The notes beneath the pieces are model-generated. The model did no database searches. It was not told where the DNA came from and worked only from the letters and a program-made list of their open reading frames with translations. From Lentisphaeria bacterium (GTDB lineage: Bacteria; Verrucomicrobiota; Lentisphaeria; JABSQK01; JAWLHB01), in assembly GCA_041690595.1 (NCBI GenBank), contig JAWLHB010000003.1, forward strand, positions 186,001-250,000: a DNA stretch of 64,000 nt, given 5' to 3'. Position numbers and translations under genes: made by a program. Shown here in pieces: positions 10,401 to 19,776 of the stretch (positions within the stretch are counted from its first letter, which is position 1; each line of letters starts with the position of its first letter).

Positions 10401-10443
10401 CAACGCGAGGCGACGCATCCAGCAGCGGTCGACGGGGCAATGA
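7426..10443 (+). CDS. Hanks-type Ser/Thr protein kinase with TM helix and C-terminal HEAT/PBS-lyase repeats
   Basis: LGEGGMGVVY, AVK, HRDLKPEN, DFG, GTYAFMSPEQ, SDVYSLG; TM near aa 303-322; many VRxxAAxALGxIG repeats. Confidence 0.92.
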   Translation: MVDDLYPQILKERYRLKERLGEGGMGVVYRCEDIQTGAQQAVKFLTLEQVLSKGGVQRFTHEARLLSHLTHPNIVHIYDYGVEDGLPYLIMELCLGTDGKPFTLKQLQEAFEERRLDAETLLKVMPQMLSAVSLLHEKGLIHRDLKPENFLLKIDPTGNLSLKLSDFGLVALSGDEEMQRRFELSISVSMQESVVKDRAWVGTYAFMSPEQKQGTQLEASSDVYSLGLILYRLCTGYERVNPELPSEVNPQLPAWMDTLVEKALKESPRERWMTAGKMMEFLPEAYRFDPRRPKAQPRQVRWLLPATFLLLVLMTGLFHLLSTSGSPREQMDRQAKQLSLQVSVYEEKSQVPTADTLPPHVLRLIGSAHAADLEERMRAREALRQSGRELLPILGEAIIAENEEARQQAATALGYLGVADASPLLLTALYSGPESVRRAAAESLVLLRHHAIPELTEALMSHDANARGYALYALSCIGDPAWPAWVKALGSPIDSIRDYASEMLARIGQPSIPGLIESLGTSQAAPRQLAISCLTQIGAPAAPELMLALRNEKATVRAGAVAVLGHLHWVDATLPMTVLLRDAEADVRLAAERALIEIGEPAAPALLRVFRESGRTASEHAATALAAIGKPTVANLMRALMTEPPPVREQVCNVLVRIGDPAVPQLIETLNIGDTEVRQLAARALAAMRSTLAIHSLLRLLGSEDAMVRQVAAHGLNQLQADSIPHIIELLKDESPLIHQNAQKLLGRLAANQPDQLIPALDRPDPLIRVRLAEVMVSLKAVQTFSSIIRALDDQRLIEAMLEQKDSEERVNQLIFHQLDVLTRTSDADGRARVERTIVRLGNRAIPGLVQALLTRDHQDPTDPALLLGRIGTPEVVPPLVRALRHDGNRYPRLNIAAAQGLGEARRLAAVPPLCQSQRWNNSLLRQAAVEALGKIAHSTAIPSLTRALGDESDNVRAAAAEALGMIGSAEALPALQQAAEDPDPLTRSQIANARRRIQQRSTGQ

Positions 10444-10446
10444 TGC

Positions 10447-10839
10447 TCAGGCGCTCTCGAGGATGATGTTGGCGTACTGCGTCGTATCGCCCGTGCGGAT
10501 AAGGCCGATAGCGCCTGGTACCCGAGGCTTGAAGACGCTTTCATGCGCTTCCAGTACGAGGGTCACGCCTCCGAGAGCCCGCTCGACATGTTCGCGTGCA
10601 GTCTCGCTGTTGTGCTCGAGAAATTCCTTGGCCATGTAGGCCTTGCCGAACGACCAGCAGGGAACAATGGCCTTGATGACCTGGACAACAGTCGGCACAT
10701 CGTCAACCAGCGAGATATCGACGGTATGGATGCCCGGCCAATAGGGAAATCCACGATCGGCGATGACCAGGCAGTTAGTGTGCCTGACGCGTGCCAGCAG
10801 AGAAAGAATGCAAGGGTTGAGGATACCTGATTTGAGCAT
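10447..10839 (-). CDS. RbsD/FucU family sugar pyranase/mutarotase
   Basis: MLKSGILNP..., HTNCLVIADRGFP, IRTGDTTQYANIILES. Confidence 0.88.
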   Translation of the reverse strand: MLKSGILNPCILSLLARVRHTNCLVIADRGFPYWPGIHTVDISLVDDVPTVVQVIKAIVPCWSFGKAYMAKEFLEHNSETAREHVERALGGVTLVLEAHESVFKPRVPGAIGLIRTGDTTQYANIILESA

Positions 10840-10983
10840 GGTGCAATCCTGCCATAAAGAGTTGGAGAAATGGAGTTACGCTGATTATATCCTACCGCAA
10901 CTTGGTTGCGGTACTCAAATTGTGGCGAGGGTGGCGTATAGTGTGGTGCCAAGCTACTTCACCAGAACCAGGAGAGAGTTGCC

Positions 10984-12984
10984 ATGATGACTGTACCGGA
11001 CGCGTCCGAACCTGCTTTTCGCCAGAGAGTAAACCGTTACATGGCTCATGCGGCGGATGCCGCGATGGGCTGGTATGACGCCAACGGGGTGTGGAAGGCT
11101 CCATCTCTTCCGGCCGCCAACCGGGAACGCCTCTGGTTGTGCTTCTCCCTCTATGGGATGGATAACGGCAAGCTGGCGGATGCGGTAATTCGGCAGGATG
11201 ATGCCCCACAGTACCGGCAGATCCGCTACAACATCTTCGACACCAACATCGCCGCGGCACTGCTGACTCAGCATCGGCAGCAGATGTCGGATGACGTGCG
11301 CGAGAAGCTGGAGCAGCTTGTCCGCGATGGGTTCTCCTTCCTGCCCGGCAATCGCCAGCCCGACTATCAGTTCCACGGCTACAACGACAATATGCCGGCC
11401 AAGGCAACCATGGGACTGGTGCTCGGCGGCGAGATGCTCGACGAGCCGGAAGCACTCGCGTATGGTCTTTGGGACCTGCGGCAGTTCCGGGCCATGCTGG
11501 TCCGTCGCGGCATCAACAGCGAATACAACTCTCCGACCTATACCGCACTGACGATGCATGCAATGGGTGAGATCGCCGAGCATGCCCGCAACGAGGAAGC
11601 ACGGGAGTTGGCGCTGGGCATCGAAGAGCGTCTGTGGATCGATCTGGCGGCGCGTTTTCATCCCGAGACCGGCCTTGTGGCCGGCCCCTATTCCCGTGCA
11701 TATACGGTGGACACAATCGGGTTGATGAGCTGCGTCAACGCGATGCTGTGGTTCGCGCTGGGCGACTGCGTCACCCCGAATCCGATGCTGCTCTTCGATC
11801 CACCCGAGGGCTATGTGGTGCATCACATGGGCGATTATCCCTTCTGTATCGCGCAGGTGTCGTGGTTCGCGGGCGGATCGTATCACATCCCGCCGAAGGC
11901 TTTGGAGCTTTTCACCCGAAAGTCCTATCCCTTCCACGCCGCGGCCACCGCGGAGGTGGGAGATTTCGGTCCAGACTTTCAAGCCAGGCCCGTACGTATC
12001 GAGACGCATCTGGAGGCCGACTTCACGCAGGGCACCGCCCTCTCGCCCTTCGGTGGCGGCGAGCAGACCATGAGTTGGTTCGTCACCTATCGGCGAACGC
12101 CGCAAGTCCGCTCTTACCGCGAGGTGGGAACAGTCTTCACAAAGCTCTTCGTCGATGACGAGGAACCCGGCATCATCACCGGCCCAGACGATGCGTATAC
12201 GAATCGCGGAGAATCGGATCACGCCAAGTCCCTTGCCAACACACTGGCGATCCAGAATGGACGCGCCGCACTCGTGCTGACGCATCCCCACCTGGCACTC
12301 GGTGGCAAGCCGGATACCAGCGAAGGCGCCAAGCCACTGCATCGCCTCAGCGAATGCATCATCTTTCCCACTCATGACGACAAAAGCGTGGAGTTGATTG
12401 TGGACGGCAAGCCTCGGGCGGAGTGGTCGGGGGATCTTCCGCGCGGCAGTTGGATTGTCTGCCGACGCGGCCGGCTGCTGATCGGTATCCGACCGCTCGT
12501 CTACACGCACGACCTGGGACAACCTCGCCTGGAGCTGGTTCGGCTGCCTCAGTACGACATGATCCGCACGACCTTCTATGGCGGCGAGAGTCGATGCTTC
12601 AGCAGGCAGGAGATGCGACAGATTCATGGGGGATTCGTGGCGGAAACGGCTTCCGTGGACGACTATCCGTCGCTGGCGGGTTTCGCCGCGGCGATGCAGG
12701 CCGCCAGCTTCACCGACTACTACTTCATGACGCGCCGGGTGCGCTATCGGCGGGCGGATAAGGAGATGGAGGTCTCGTGGAGCGCCGGCAGCACGACACC
12801 ACGCCATGCCACGATAAATGGCCGCGAGTTGGACTGGAGCCCAGTTCAGATCGATACGGTGGAGCCTCTGGAGTTCCCTTTTCTGGGGGAAAACTTCAAA
12901 TCGGTGCCTTCCTTCTTTCAATGGGAAGACTTCCGGATCGAGTGGATGGAGCTGCCATGGGCAATCGGGGATCGCGAAGGATGA
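10984..12984 (+). CDS. Conserved-looking hypothetical protein, possibly carbohydrate-active
   Basis: 666-aa ORF with RBS (AGGAGAG); motifs GYNDNMP, SEYNSPTY, GPYSRAY; flanked by sugar genes. Confidence 0.7.
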   Translation: MMTVPDASEPAFRQRVNRYMAHAADAAMGWYDANGVWKAPSLPAANRERLWLCFSLYGMDNGKLADAVIRQDDAPQYRQIRYNIFDTNIAAALLTQHRQQMSDDVREKLEQLVRDGFSFLPGNRQPDYQFHGYNDNMPAKATMGLVLGGEMLDEPEALAYGLWDLRQFRAMLVRRGINSEYNSPTYTALTMHAMGEIAEHARNEEARELALGIEERLWIDLAARFHPETGLVAGPYSRAYTVDTIGLMSCVNAMLWFALGDCVTPNPMLLFDPPEGYVVHHMGDYPFCIAQVSWFAGGSYHIPPKALELFTRKSYPFHAAATAEVGDFGPDFQARPVRIETHLEADFTQGTALSPFGGGEQTMSWFVTYRRTPQVRSYREVGTVFTKLFVDDEEPGIITGPDDAYTNRGESDHAKSLANTLAIQNGRAALVLTHPHLALGGKPDTSEGAKPLHRLSECIIFPTHDDKSVELIVDGKPRAEWSGDLPRGSWIVCRRGRLLIGIRPLVYTHDLGQPRLELVRLPQYDMIRTTFYGGESRCFSRQEMRQIHGGFVAETASVDDYPSLAGFAAAMQAASFTDYYFMTRRVRYRRADKEMEVSWSAGSTTPRHATINGRELDWSPVQIDTVEPLEFPFLGENFKSVPSFFQWEDFRIEWMELPWAIGDREG

Positions 12985-13046
12985 GGCCATGGTTGCTAAT
13001 TGGCGCCACGGCATTAAACTAACGCATCGCTAACGACAGGAGCCAC

Positions 13047-14009
13047 ATGGGCGCATTTCCATTCAGTAACGATCATGAAATCCGACTGGCCATGCTGGGG
13101 ATGGTGGAGGGCAATGGCCATCCCTACTCCTGGAGCGCCATGTTCAATGGATACGACCGTAAACAGATGGCCTCATGCCCCTATGCCGGTATCCCGGGAT
13201 ACCTGAATCGCCAGCCGGAATCGACAATTCGCATTGGCGGCGCACGCGTTACCCATATCTGGGCCGATAACCGGAACGAAGCCAGTCATGTGGCGGCTTG
13301 CTCGCTCATCCCGCATGTCGTGGAGCGCCCGGAGGAAGTGATCGGCAAGGTCGATGCGGTGATCGTCGCCACGGACATCGGTCATGAGCACGTTGAACGT
13401 TGCCGCCCATTCGTGGAGGCGGGTCTGCCGGTTTTTGTAGACAAGCCGCTGACGGATAATGAAGGGGATCTGGAGATCTTTCGGGGATGGATAGCAGCCG
13501 GCAAGCCGATTCTTTCGTCGAGCTGCATGCGCTACGCAAAAGAGTTCGCCCCCTATCGCGCCTCGACCTGTGAGCTGGGAGAGCTGCGTTTTGTTTCGAT
13601 CACCACTCCGAAGAGCTGGGAGAAATATGGCATCCATGCGCTCGAGGCCATCTATCCTATTCTCGGCCCCGGCTTCGAGACGGTGCGCAATACCGGCTCT
13701 ATCGATCGCAACGTCGTGCACCTGACCCATCGACGCGGCATCGATGCGATCGTGATCGCCAACCGTGACATGTATGGCGCCTTCGGCCTGCTGACCCTTT
13801 GCGGTACGCAAGGCAACGTGAGCGTGAGCTTCCGCGATACCTTTCATGCGTTCCAGACGCAGTTGCGGGCGTTCGTAGATTTCCTGCGAAGTGGCGTTCG
13901 CCCTTTTCCCTTCTCCGAAACGGATGAACTGATGCAGCTGGTCATTGCCGGAATATGCAGCCGCGAAGGTGGCGGAACGATCATCGGCCTGCATGGGAGA
14001 GAATCATGA
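13047..14009 (+). CDS. Gfo/Idh/MocA family oxidoreductase
   Basis: GMVEGNGHPYSWSA, VDAVIVAT, VFVDKPL, YGIHALE. Confidence 0.85.
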   Translation: MGAFPFSNDHEIRLAMLGMVEGNGHPYSWSAMFNGYDRKQMASCPYAGIPGYLNRQPESTIRIGGARVTHIWADNRNEASHVAACSLIPHVVERPEEVIGKVDAVIVATDIGHEHVERCRPFVEAGLPVFVDKPLTDNEGDLEIFRGWIAAGKPILSSSCMRYAKEFAPYRASTCELGELRFVSITTPKSWEKYGIHALEAIYPILGPGFETVRNTGSIDRNVVHLTHRRGIDAIVIANRDMYGAFGLLTLCGTQGNVSVSFRDTFHAFQTQLRAFVDFLRSGVRPFPFSETDELMQLVIAGICSREGGGTIIGLHGRES

Positions 14010-14881
14010 TCAAGGTGCTGATGTTGCTGACGACACTAGGCGCCGTCATGCTGGCCGGTTGCGCCCCTCATGAAGCGGAAGTGGCGGCCGCACGCGAGCG
14101 AATTGCCCAAGTGAAGACGCTGGGCGAAAAAGCGCTTCTTTCCCTGGAGGCGGGGGATCTCCGGCAGGCCGCGGAGCAGTACTCGGAGTTACACGTGCTG
14201 GCGCGGGCAACCGATATCGAGGCGGTGGAAATTCCGGTGGATGGAGAGAGCTTTCAGATGGCGGCCGAGCGTTACCGCCTGACCTTCCGCAAGGAGGCAG
14301 CCAACCATCTGGAACAACTCGCCGAGGCCTATCTGCAGTCGAAGGTGCGCTTGATTGACATGGATGCCTTCTTCCATCGCATCCTGCCTGAGCAGTATGC
14401 GAAAACGAGGGCGGAGATGATCGCGAAAGCGAGGAAAAAGGCAGAGCAGGAGATGCGGCTAATCTTCACCGGCGATATCGTCAGCCCCACCCTGCGGGAG
14501 ACGGTGATCGACGGCATCCGTGCACAAACTGGCGAAGTCGGGCTGCATCTGGGCTACGGATTGAAGGAACTGCCCGTAGGTATTGGGACCATCGAAGTCA
14601 TTATCGAGCTTCGCGGCACTCAGATAAACGGGACAGACAACCAGCCAGTCGGCATTCTGCCACATGCCGTGCACCTGGATCTGGTCGCCCACGCCTCGCA
14701 TCCCACGTCGTGGGGGGGCGTGAAGGCGCTGACGGCCCAGATCGACCTACCCTCGGAGAGCCTTGCCATGACCGACGCCGCGAACTTCCGACAACTGCGG
14801 GATGAGGCGCTGGCCCAACTGACGCGTCAAGTTCGCCAGCAACTGGCAACCCTGCCCCCGCTCGTTATCGAGTCGACGTGA
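14006..14881 (+). CDS. Hypothetical lipoprotein
   Basis: MIKVLMLLTTLGAVMLAG-C lipobox; ATGA overlap with upstream gene. Confidence 0.75.
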   Translation: MIKVLMLLTTLGAVMLAGCAPHEAEVAAARERIAQVKTLGEKALLSLEAGDLRQAAEQYSELHVLARATDIEAVEIPVDGESFQMAAERYRLTFRKEAANHLEQLAEAYLQSKVRLIDMDAFFHRILPEQYAKTRAEMIAKARKKAEQEMRLIFTGDIVSPTLRETVIDGIRAQTGEVGLHLGYGLKELPVGIGTIEVIIELRGTQINGTDNQPVGILPHAVHLDLVAHASHPTSWGGVKALTAQIDLPSESLAMTDAANFRQLRDEALAQLTRQVRQQLATLPPLVIEST

Positions 14882-14900
14882 TGGGGGATGGCGGCGCGCA

Positions 14901-16697
14901 TCAGGCAAATCCAGCCTCATCCATCTTAATACGGTGCAGACTGCTCGAGGTGGCAATGGTGTAGAGGCGGTGAAAGAGCCCGTTCATCGCCAGCAACTCC
15001 TCGAAACTACCCTCCTCGACAAGTTGCCCCTCATCGAGAACCAGTATCCTGTCTGCCTTGCGAATGGTACTGAGCCTGTGGGCGATGATGATGGCGGTAC
15101 GATCGACGAAGAGCGCCTCCATGGCGCGCTGGACCAGCGCTTCCGTCTCATTATCCAGGGCCGAGGTGGCTTCGTCCAGCACCAGAAGACGTGCCTCGAG
15201 CAACATGCAGCGGGCGATGGCCAGCCGCTGCCGCTGACCGCCGCTCAATCGCGAGCCCGCCTCGCCGATTTCGTGGTCGATGCCCTCGGGAAACTGGCGC
15301 ACGAAATCGGCCGCGCATGCGCGTTCCAGCGCCTCCCACAGCGTGGCATCGCTGGCGCCTGGCTTCACCACTCGCAGATTGGCTGCCACGGTGTCGTTGA
15401 AGAGGTAGGGATCCTGCAGCACCACCCCGAACTGCGCCCGGTAGTCGCGCAACGGCAGAAGTCGGATGTCCGTGCCGTCGAGCGTTATCCGGCCTGTATC
15501 GGGATCATAGAAGCGCATCAACAGGTTGGTAATGGTGGTTTTTCCTGAACCGCTTCTGCCCACCAGCGCGATCTTCTGACCGGGACGAATGGTCAAATCG
15601 AGCTGTCGCAGGACGGTCCGATTGGCATAGGCGAAGGAGACGTTCTCCAGCACCAGCTCGCCTCGTATGGAGGCCGGCAGCGCTGCGCTTGGCTCATCGA
15701 CAACCGAGCTGTGGGTATCGAGTATCGTGTACAACTGATCAAAGCCGGCCCGTGCCACGGAGTACTGGCCGTAGACATTGGTCAACTGAACCGTAAAGGA
15801 GATGAACTGCCCCTGATAGCCGATGAAGGCGATGAGGGTGCCCAATGGCATATCCTGGCGCAGGATGGCCCAGATGCCGACCACATGGACCGCCGCGGTG
15901 ATCAGATAGCCGACCCCCTCCGAGGCGAAACCAAGCTTGAGCATCTCCCGCTGAGCGCTGATCCATTTCACTTTCGTCGGCTCAATCCTCGCCTCGAAGT
16001 CCTTCTGCACTTCTTCTTCCAAGGACAATGCCTGCACGGTCTTGGTCCCCCGCAGCTTGTCGAGGATAAACGAGTGGATCTGCGTATGAGCTTCGTTGGC
16101 AGCCAGGGATTTCTGGTGAATCCGCGGCGACATCCGGCGGCTCACCAGAACGTAGACAAGCGCGCACACCAACAGCAGCAGCGTCATCGGCACGCTCAGA
16201 TAGAAGCAGGCCGCCAGCGAGAAGAGCAGCCCTGATGCATAGACGGTCAAGTTCGAGAGGATCAAAGCCAGGAAGCTGCCGATGCTGCAGATGGAGCGCT
16301 CGAAGACGCGATCATGCAGATATCCCGATGGATAGAGCCCATGGAAACGCATGCAGAGCCGCTGCAGGTGCCGGAAGCCCTGAACACGAATGGCGTAGAT
16401 GACGTCCTCACGTATTCGCAGCAGCAGGTTCTGCGCCCTGAACCACAAGACCATACGCAGCCCCTGCAGCAGGAGAAAGAGGCCCATGGCTCGAACGGCC
16501 AGATCGAAGCGCTGTTGTGGAATGGCGACATCGACCACGTATTTGGTGAAGAGCGGAATGACCGACATGAAGATGCCGACTATTGCGATAAGGCCGGCCG
16601 CCATCGCGATGCCTCGCCGATACGGCCGCACGACGGGCCATAGCCGCGCGGCAATCTCGCGCGTGCCATAATGTCGAATCTCATTTGCGTCATTCAT
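14901..16697 (-). CDS. ABC exporter, fused permease/ATPase (MsbA/MdlB-like)
   Basis: 6-TM domain; GRSGSGKT, LSGGQRQR, LVLDEATSALD, IAHRLST; GGAGG before ATG 16697. Confidence 0.92.
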   Translation of the reverse strand: MNDANEIRHYGTREIAARLWPVVRPYRRGIAMAAGLIAIVGIFMSVIPLFTKYVVDVAIPQQRFDLAVRAMGLFLLLQGLRMVLWFRAQNLLLRIREDVIYAIRVQGFRHLQRLCMRFHGLYPSGYLHDRVFERSICSIGSFLALILSNLTVYASGLLFSLAACFYLSVPMTLLLLVCALVYVLVSRRMSPRIHQKSLAANEAHTQIHSFILDKLRGTKTVQALSLEEEVQKDFEARIEPTKVKWISAQREMLKLGFASEGVGYLITAAVHVVGIWAILRQDMPLGTLIAFIGYQGQFISFTVQLTNVYGQYSVARAGFDQLYTILDTHSSVVDEPSAALPASIRGELVLENVSFAYANRTVLRQLDLTIRPGQKIALVGRSGSGKTTITNLLMRFYDPDTGRITLDGTDIRLLPLRDYRAQFGVVLQDPYLFNDTVAANLRVVKPGASDATLWEALERACAADFVRQFPEGIDHEIGEAGSRLSGGQRQRLAIARCMLLEARLLVLDEATSALDNETEALVQRAMEALFVDRTAIIIAHRLSTIRKADRILVLDEGQLVEEGSFEELLAMNGLFHRLYTIATSSSLHRIKMDEAGFA

Positions 16698-16894
16698 CGA
16701 ATGCGACTTACCTCCTGAACTTTTCCGCAACTCCCACCATGATCCCGTGCTTGAGCTTAGCTTTTCTTCATTCGAATACAATTCACGCACGGCACAATTT
16801 GGTCACCCCGCAAGATCAGCTTTCCCGTTTGCTTTCGCGCGCGGTCAGGCAATAGTTATGGCCCTGCCATCGTGAGCTGCAACTGGAGGGATTC

Positions 16895-18157
16895 ATGGCT
16901 GTAAGCATCGCCGAAATCATTGTCTTGAGCCTTCTTGCCGACTGGATCTTCCGGCGGATGGGGATTCCCGGGCTGATCGGCATGCTGCTGATCGGGGTGC
17001 TGCTTGGTCCCTACGTTCTGGGCTTTCTCGATCCCGACCTGCTTGCCATAGGGCCAGACCTGCGATTGATCGCCCTGATCGTCATCCTGCTCAGGGTCGG
17101 CTTCGAGCTGAGTCGGTCCACCCTGCATCGTGTGGGCGGCAGGGTGCTGCTGCTGGCCTTTGTGCCGGCGACGCTCGAGGGCGCGATGATTACGGTCGCT
17201 GGCCCATGGTTGCTGGGGCTGACGCTGCTCGAGTCCGCCGTGCTTGGCTCTGTGCTGGCAGCGGTTTCGCCGGCCGTCGTCGTGCCGAGCATGATCCGGT
17301 TCGTAAAAGAGCGCCGCGGCGCGGCAAAAGATATCCCCTCCATGGTGATGGCGGCCGCTTCGGTGGACGATGTCTACGTCATCGTGGCACACAGCGTCGT
17401 CCTCGGGCTCTACGTCGGTAATCGCGTCAACATCGCGGGACAGATCATTGGGATTCCGTTGTCGCTTCTCTTCGGCATCGCGGCAGGGCTGGTCATCGGC
17501 GTCTGCCTGTACAAGCTTTTCGATCGATTCAATCCTCGTGCCACAAAGCGGGTGCTGATCGTCATCTTTGTATCGGTGCTGCTGGTTCGACTTCAGCATG
17601 TTGTTGGCGCCTACGTGCCGTTTGCGGGGCTGGTCGCCGCCATGGCTATCGGCTTCATCATTCTGGAGAGGCGCGAGCACATGGCGCATGAGATATCGGC
17701 CAAGCTGGTGAAGATATGGGTTTTCGCGGAGATCATCCTTTTTTCGATGGTCGGCGCGCAGGTCGACATCTGGCTTGCCTGGCGTGCCGGTCTGGCAGGC
17801 GCGGCGCTCATCGGGCTTGGCCTGATGGCTCGCGGTCTGGGCGTCATGAGTTCTCTGGTGGGAAGTGCTCTGAACCTCAAGGAGCGCTTCTTCGTGCTGG
17901 TCGCCTATTCACCGAAGGCAACGGTGCAGGCCGCGATCGGTTCCGCGCCGCTGATGGCGATGCGAGCAGCCGGCATGGATACCGGGCCGGGCGAGCTGAT
18001 TCTCGCCATCGCGGTCTTGAGCATCGTCCTGACCGCCCCCACCGGGGCGTGGGCCATTGAAGCACTCGGCAAGCGCGTGCTGGAGATCGCTCCGGAAACG
18101 GAACATGAAGCCTATGATGCGGCGGTTGAAAGCAACCCCAACGGGAGCGAGAGTTAA
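16895..18157 (+). CDS. Cation:proton antiporter (CPA family, NHA2/SLC9B-like)
   Basis: About 12 TM; AAVSPAVVVP, AASVDDV, PKATVQAAIG. Confidence 0.88.
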   Translation: MAVSIAEIIVLSLLADWIFRRMGIPGLIGMLLIGVLLGPYVLGFLDPDLLAIGPDLRLIALIVILLRVGFELSRSTLHRVGGRVLLLAFVPATLEGAMITVAGPWLLGLTLLESAVLGSVLAAVSPAVVVPSMIRFVKERRGAAKDIPSMVMAAASVDDVYVIVAHSVVLGLYVGNRVNIAGQIIGIPLSLLFGIAAGLVIGVCLYKLFDRFNPRATKRVLIVIFVSVLLVRLQHVVGAYVPFAGLVAAMAIGFIILERREHMAHEISAKLVKIWVFAEIILFSMVGAQVDIWLAWRAGLAGAALIGLGLMARGLGVMSSLVGSALNLKERFFVLVAYSPKATVQAAIGSAPLMAMRAAGMDTGPGELILAIAVLSIVLTAPTGAWAIEALGKRVLEIAPETEHEAYDAAVESNPNGSES

Positions 18158-18204
18158 GCAGCATCGCACATTCATGCCGCTCGCCCCGCAACCCGAGGAA
18201 CCAC

Positions 18205-19602
18205 ATGAGACGACTGCCAAAGATCGGCCTGCTGCCACTCTATCTGAGCCTGTACGACGAGATCAACCCGGCGCTGCGCCACGACTTTTCGCCCTTCCTG
18301 GATGAGGTGACCGAACGACTGCGACGGGAGCGGATAGAGGTGACGACGAGCGAGATCTGCTGCGTCGATGCGCAGTGCCGTCAGGCGCTGGAGGCCTTCC
18401 GCGCGGCAAAGGTGGATCTTATTGTGACGCTGCATCTGGCATATTCCCCCTCGGAAGAGGCGCTTCCCAGCCTTTGCGCAAGCCAGCTGCCGCTGCTGCT
18501 GCTCGATACCTCCATGGATGAGAGCTTTGGATGCAACGTGGATCCAGGGCGCATCATGTACAATCACGGCATCCACGGGGTGCAGGATCTTGCCGCACTG
18601 CTGCGCCGATGGCGGCGCCCGTATCACATCGTGGCGGGACACGTCGAAGCGCCTGGACTGATGGGGCGGGTGGCGGACCATGCGCGTGCCGCCTTGGCCG
18701 CCAACGAAATGCGGAACGGTCGCGTGCTGCGCTTCGGCGACGCCTTCAAGGGGATGGGGGATTTTGCCGTTCCATCGGAATTGCTGGCCCAGCGCTTCGG
18801 CATCCAGGTCGACGCCTGCGACGTGAACCGTATCGGCGAGCATGTGGCGGAGGTGACAGCGGAGGAGATCGAGGCGGAGTTGCACAATGATCGTGAGCTT
18901 TACCACGTGGAGGCGCCCGAGGAGGTGCACCGGCGTTCGGTTCGCGTTGGGCTGGCGTTGCGCAAATGCCTGGAAGCTCGCCAGGCGAGCGCGTTCAGCA
19001 TGAATTTCCAGGCATTCACCAGCGATGAACCGCCGGTCGATACGGTGCCCTTCCTCGAAGCCAGCAAAGCGATGGCGCGCGGCATGGGTTATGCGGGCGA
19101 AGGAGATATGCTGACTGCCAGTCTGATCGGGGCCCTGTGTCGAGGGTTCGGCATGACCACCTTCACCGAGATCTTCTGTGCCGATTGGCGCGGCAACAGC
19201 CTCTTCCTGTCGCACATGGGCGAAATCAACCCGGAGGTGATACCCGGCAAACCTCTGCTCTTCGAGAAGGAGTATCCCTTCAGCGGAGCGGCGAATCCGG
19301 CAGTCATCTCGGGCTCACCAGGTCCGGGACCGGCGGTGTTAGTCAATCTCTCGCCCGGCCCCGACGCGTCGCTGCGGCTGATACTGGCGCCTGTGGAAGT
19401 TCTTCCTGACCTTTCGGATGCGGCGCTGCGCCAGACTATTCGGGGATGGATCCGCGCCGCCCTGCCGGTCGAGGAGTTCCTTGAGAGTTACTCCCGCCTT
19501 GGCGGCACCCACCACAGCGGCCTGGTTCTGGGCAAGCGCCTGGAGGGGCTGCAGGCCATGGCCGAACACTTGGGACTGGAGTGCCGCACCCTCGGAGAAT
19601 AA
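18205..19602 (+). CDS. L-fucose/L-arabinose isomerase-like protein
   Basis: NHGIHGVQD, GMGYAGEGD, FTEIF, LSHMGE, GGTHH. Confidence 0.8.
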   Translation: MRRLPKIGLLPLYLSLYDEINPALRHDFSPFLDEVTERLRRERIEVTTSEICCVDAQCRQALEAFRAAKVDLIVTLHLAYSPSEEALPSLCASQLPLLLLDTSMDESFGCNVDPGRIMYNHGIHGVQDLAALLRRWRRPYHIVAGHVEAPGLMGRVADHARAALAANEMRNGRVLRFGDAFKGMGDFAVPSELLAQRFGIQVDACDVNRIGEHVAEVTAEEIEAELHNDRELYHVEAPEEVHRRSVRVGLALRKCLEARQASAFSMNFQAFTSDEPPVDTVPFLEASKAMARGMGYAGEGDMLTASLIGALCRGFGMTTFTEIFCADWRGNSLFLSHMGEINPEVIPGKPLLFEKEYPFSGAANPAVISGSPGPGPAVLVNLSPGPDASLRLILAPVEVLPDLSDAALRQTIRGWIRAALPVEEFLESYSRLGGTHHSGLVLGKRLEGLQAMAEHLGLECRTLGE

Positions 19603-19776
19603 GCGATTTGTGCAACTTTTCGGCCAAACTGGCACATAAACCGTTTTGGGTATATACTGATGAGTTAACCCAACAACCTGTGCGTCTTTGCCTGACTGGA
19701 GACTCGTTCGACGCGGTAGTCGGCACCAGAAACAGGCAGAATATCGCATGGAAGAAGAACGCCATAAAGGAGTGAT

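Noticed and set aside
10954..13014. 686-aa minus-strand ORF
   Set aside because: Mirror of 10984-12984, which has an RBS, protein-like composition and operon context
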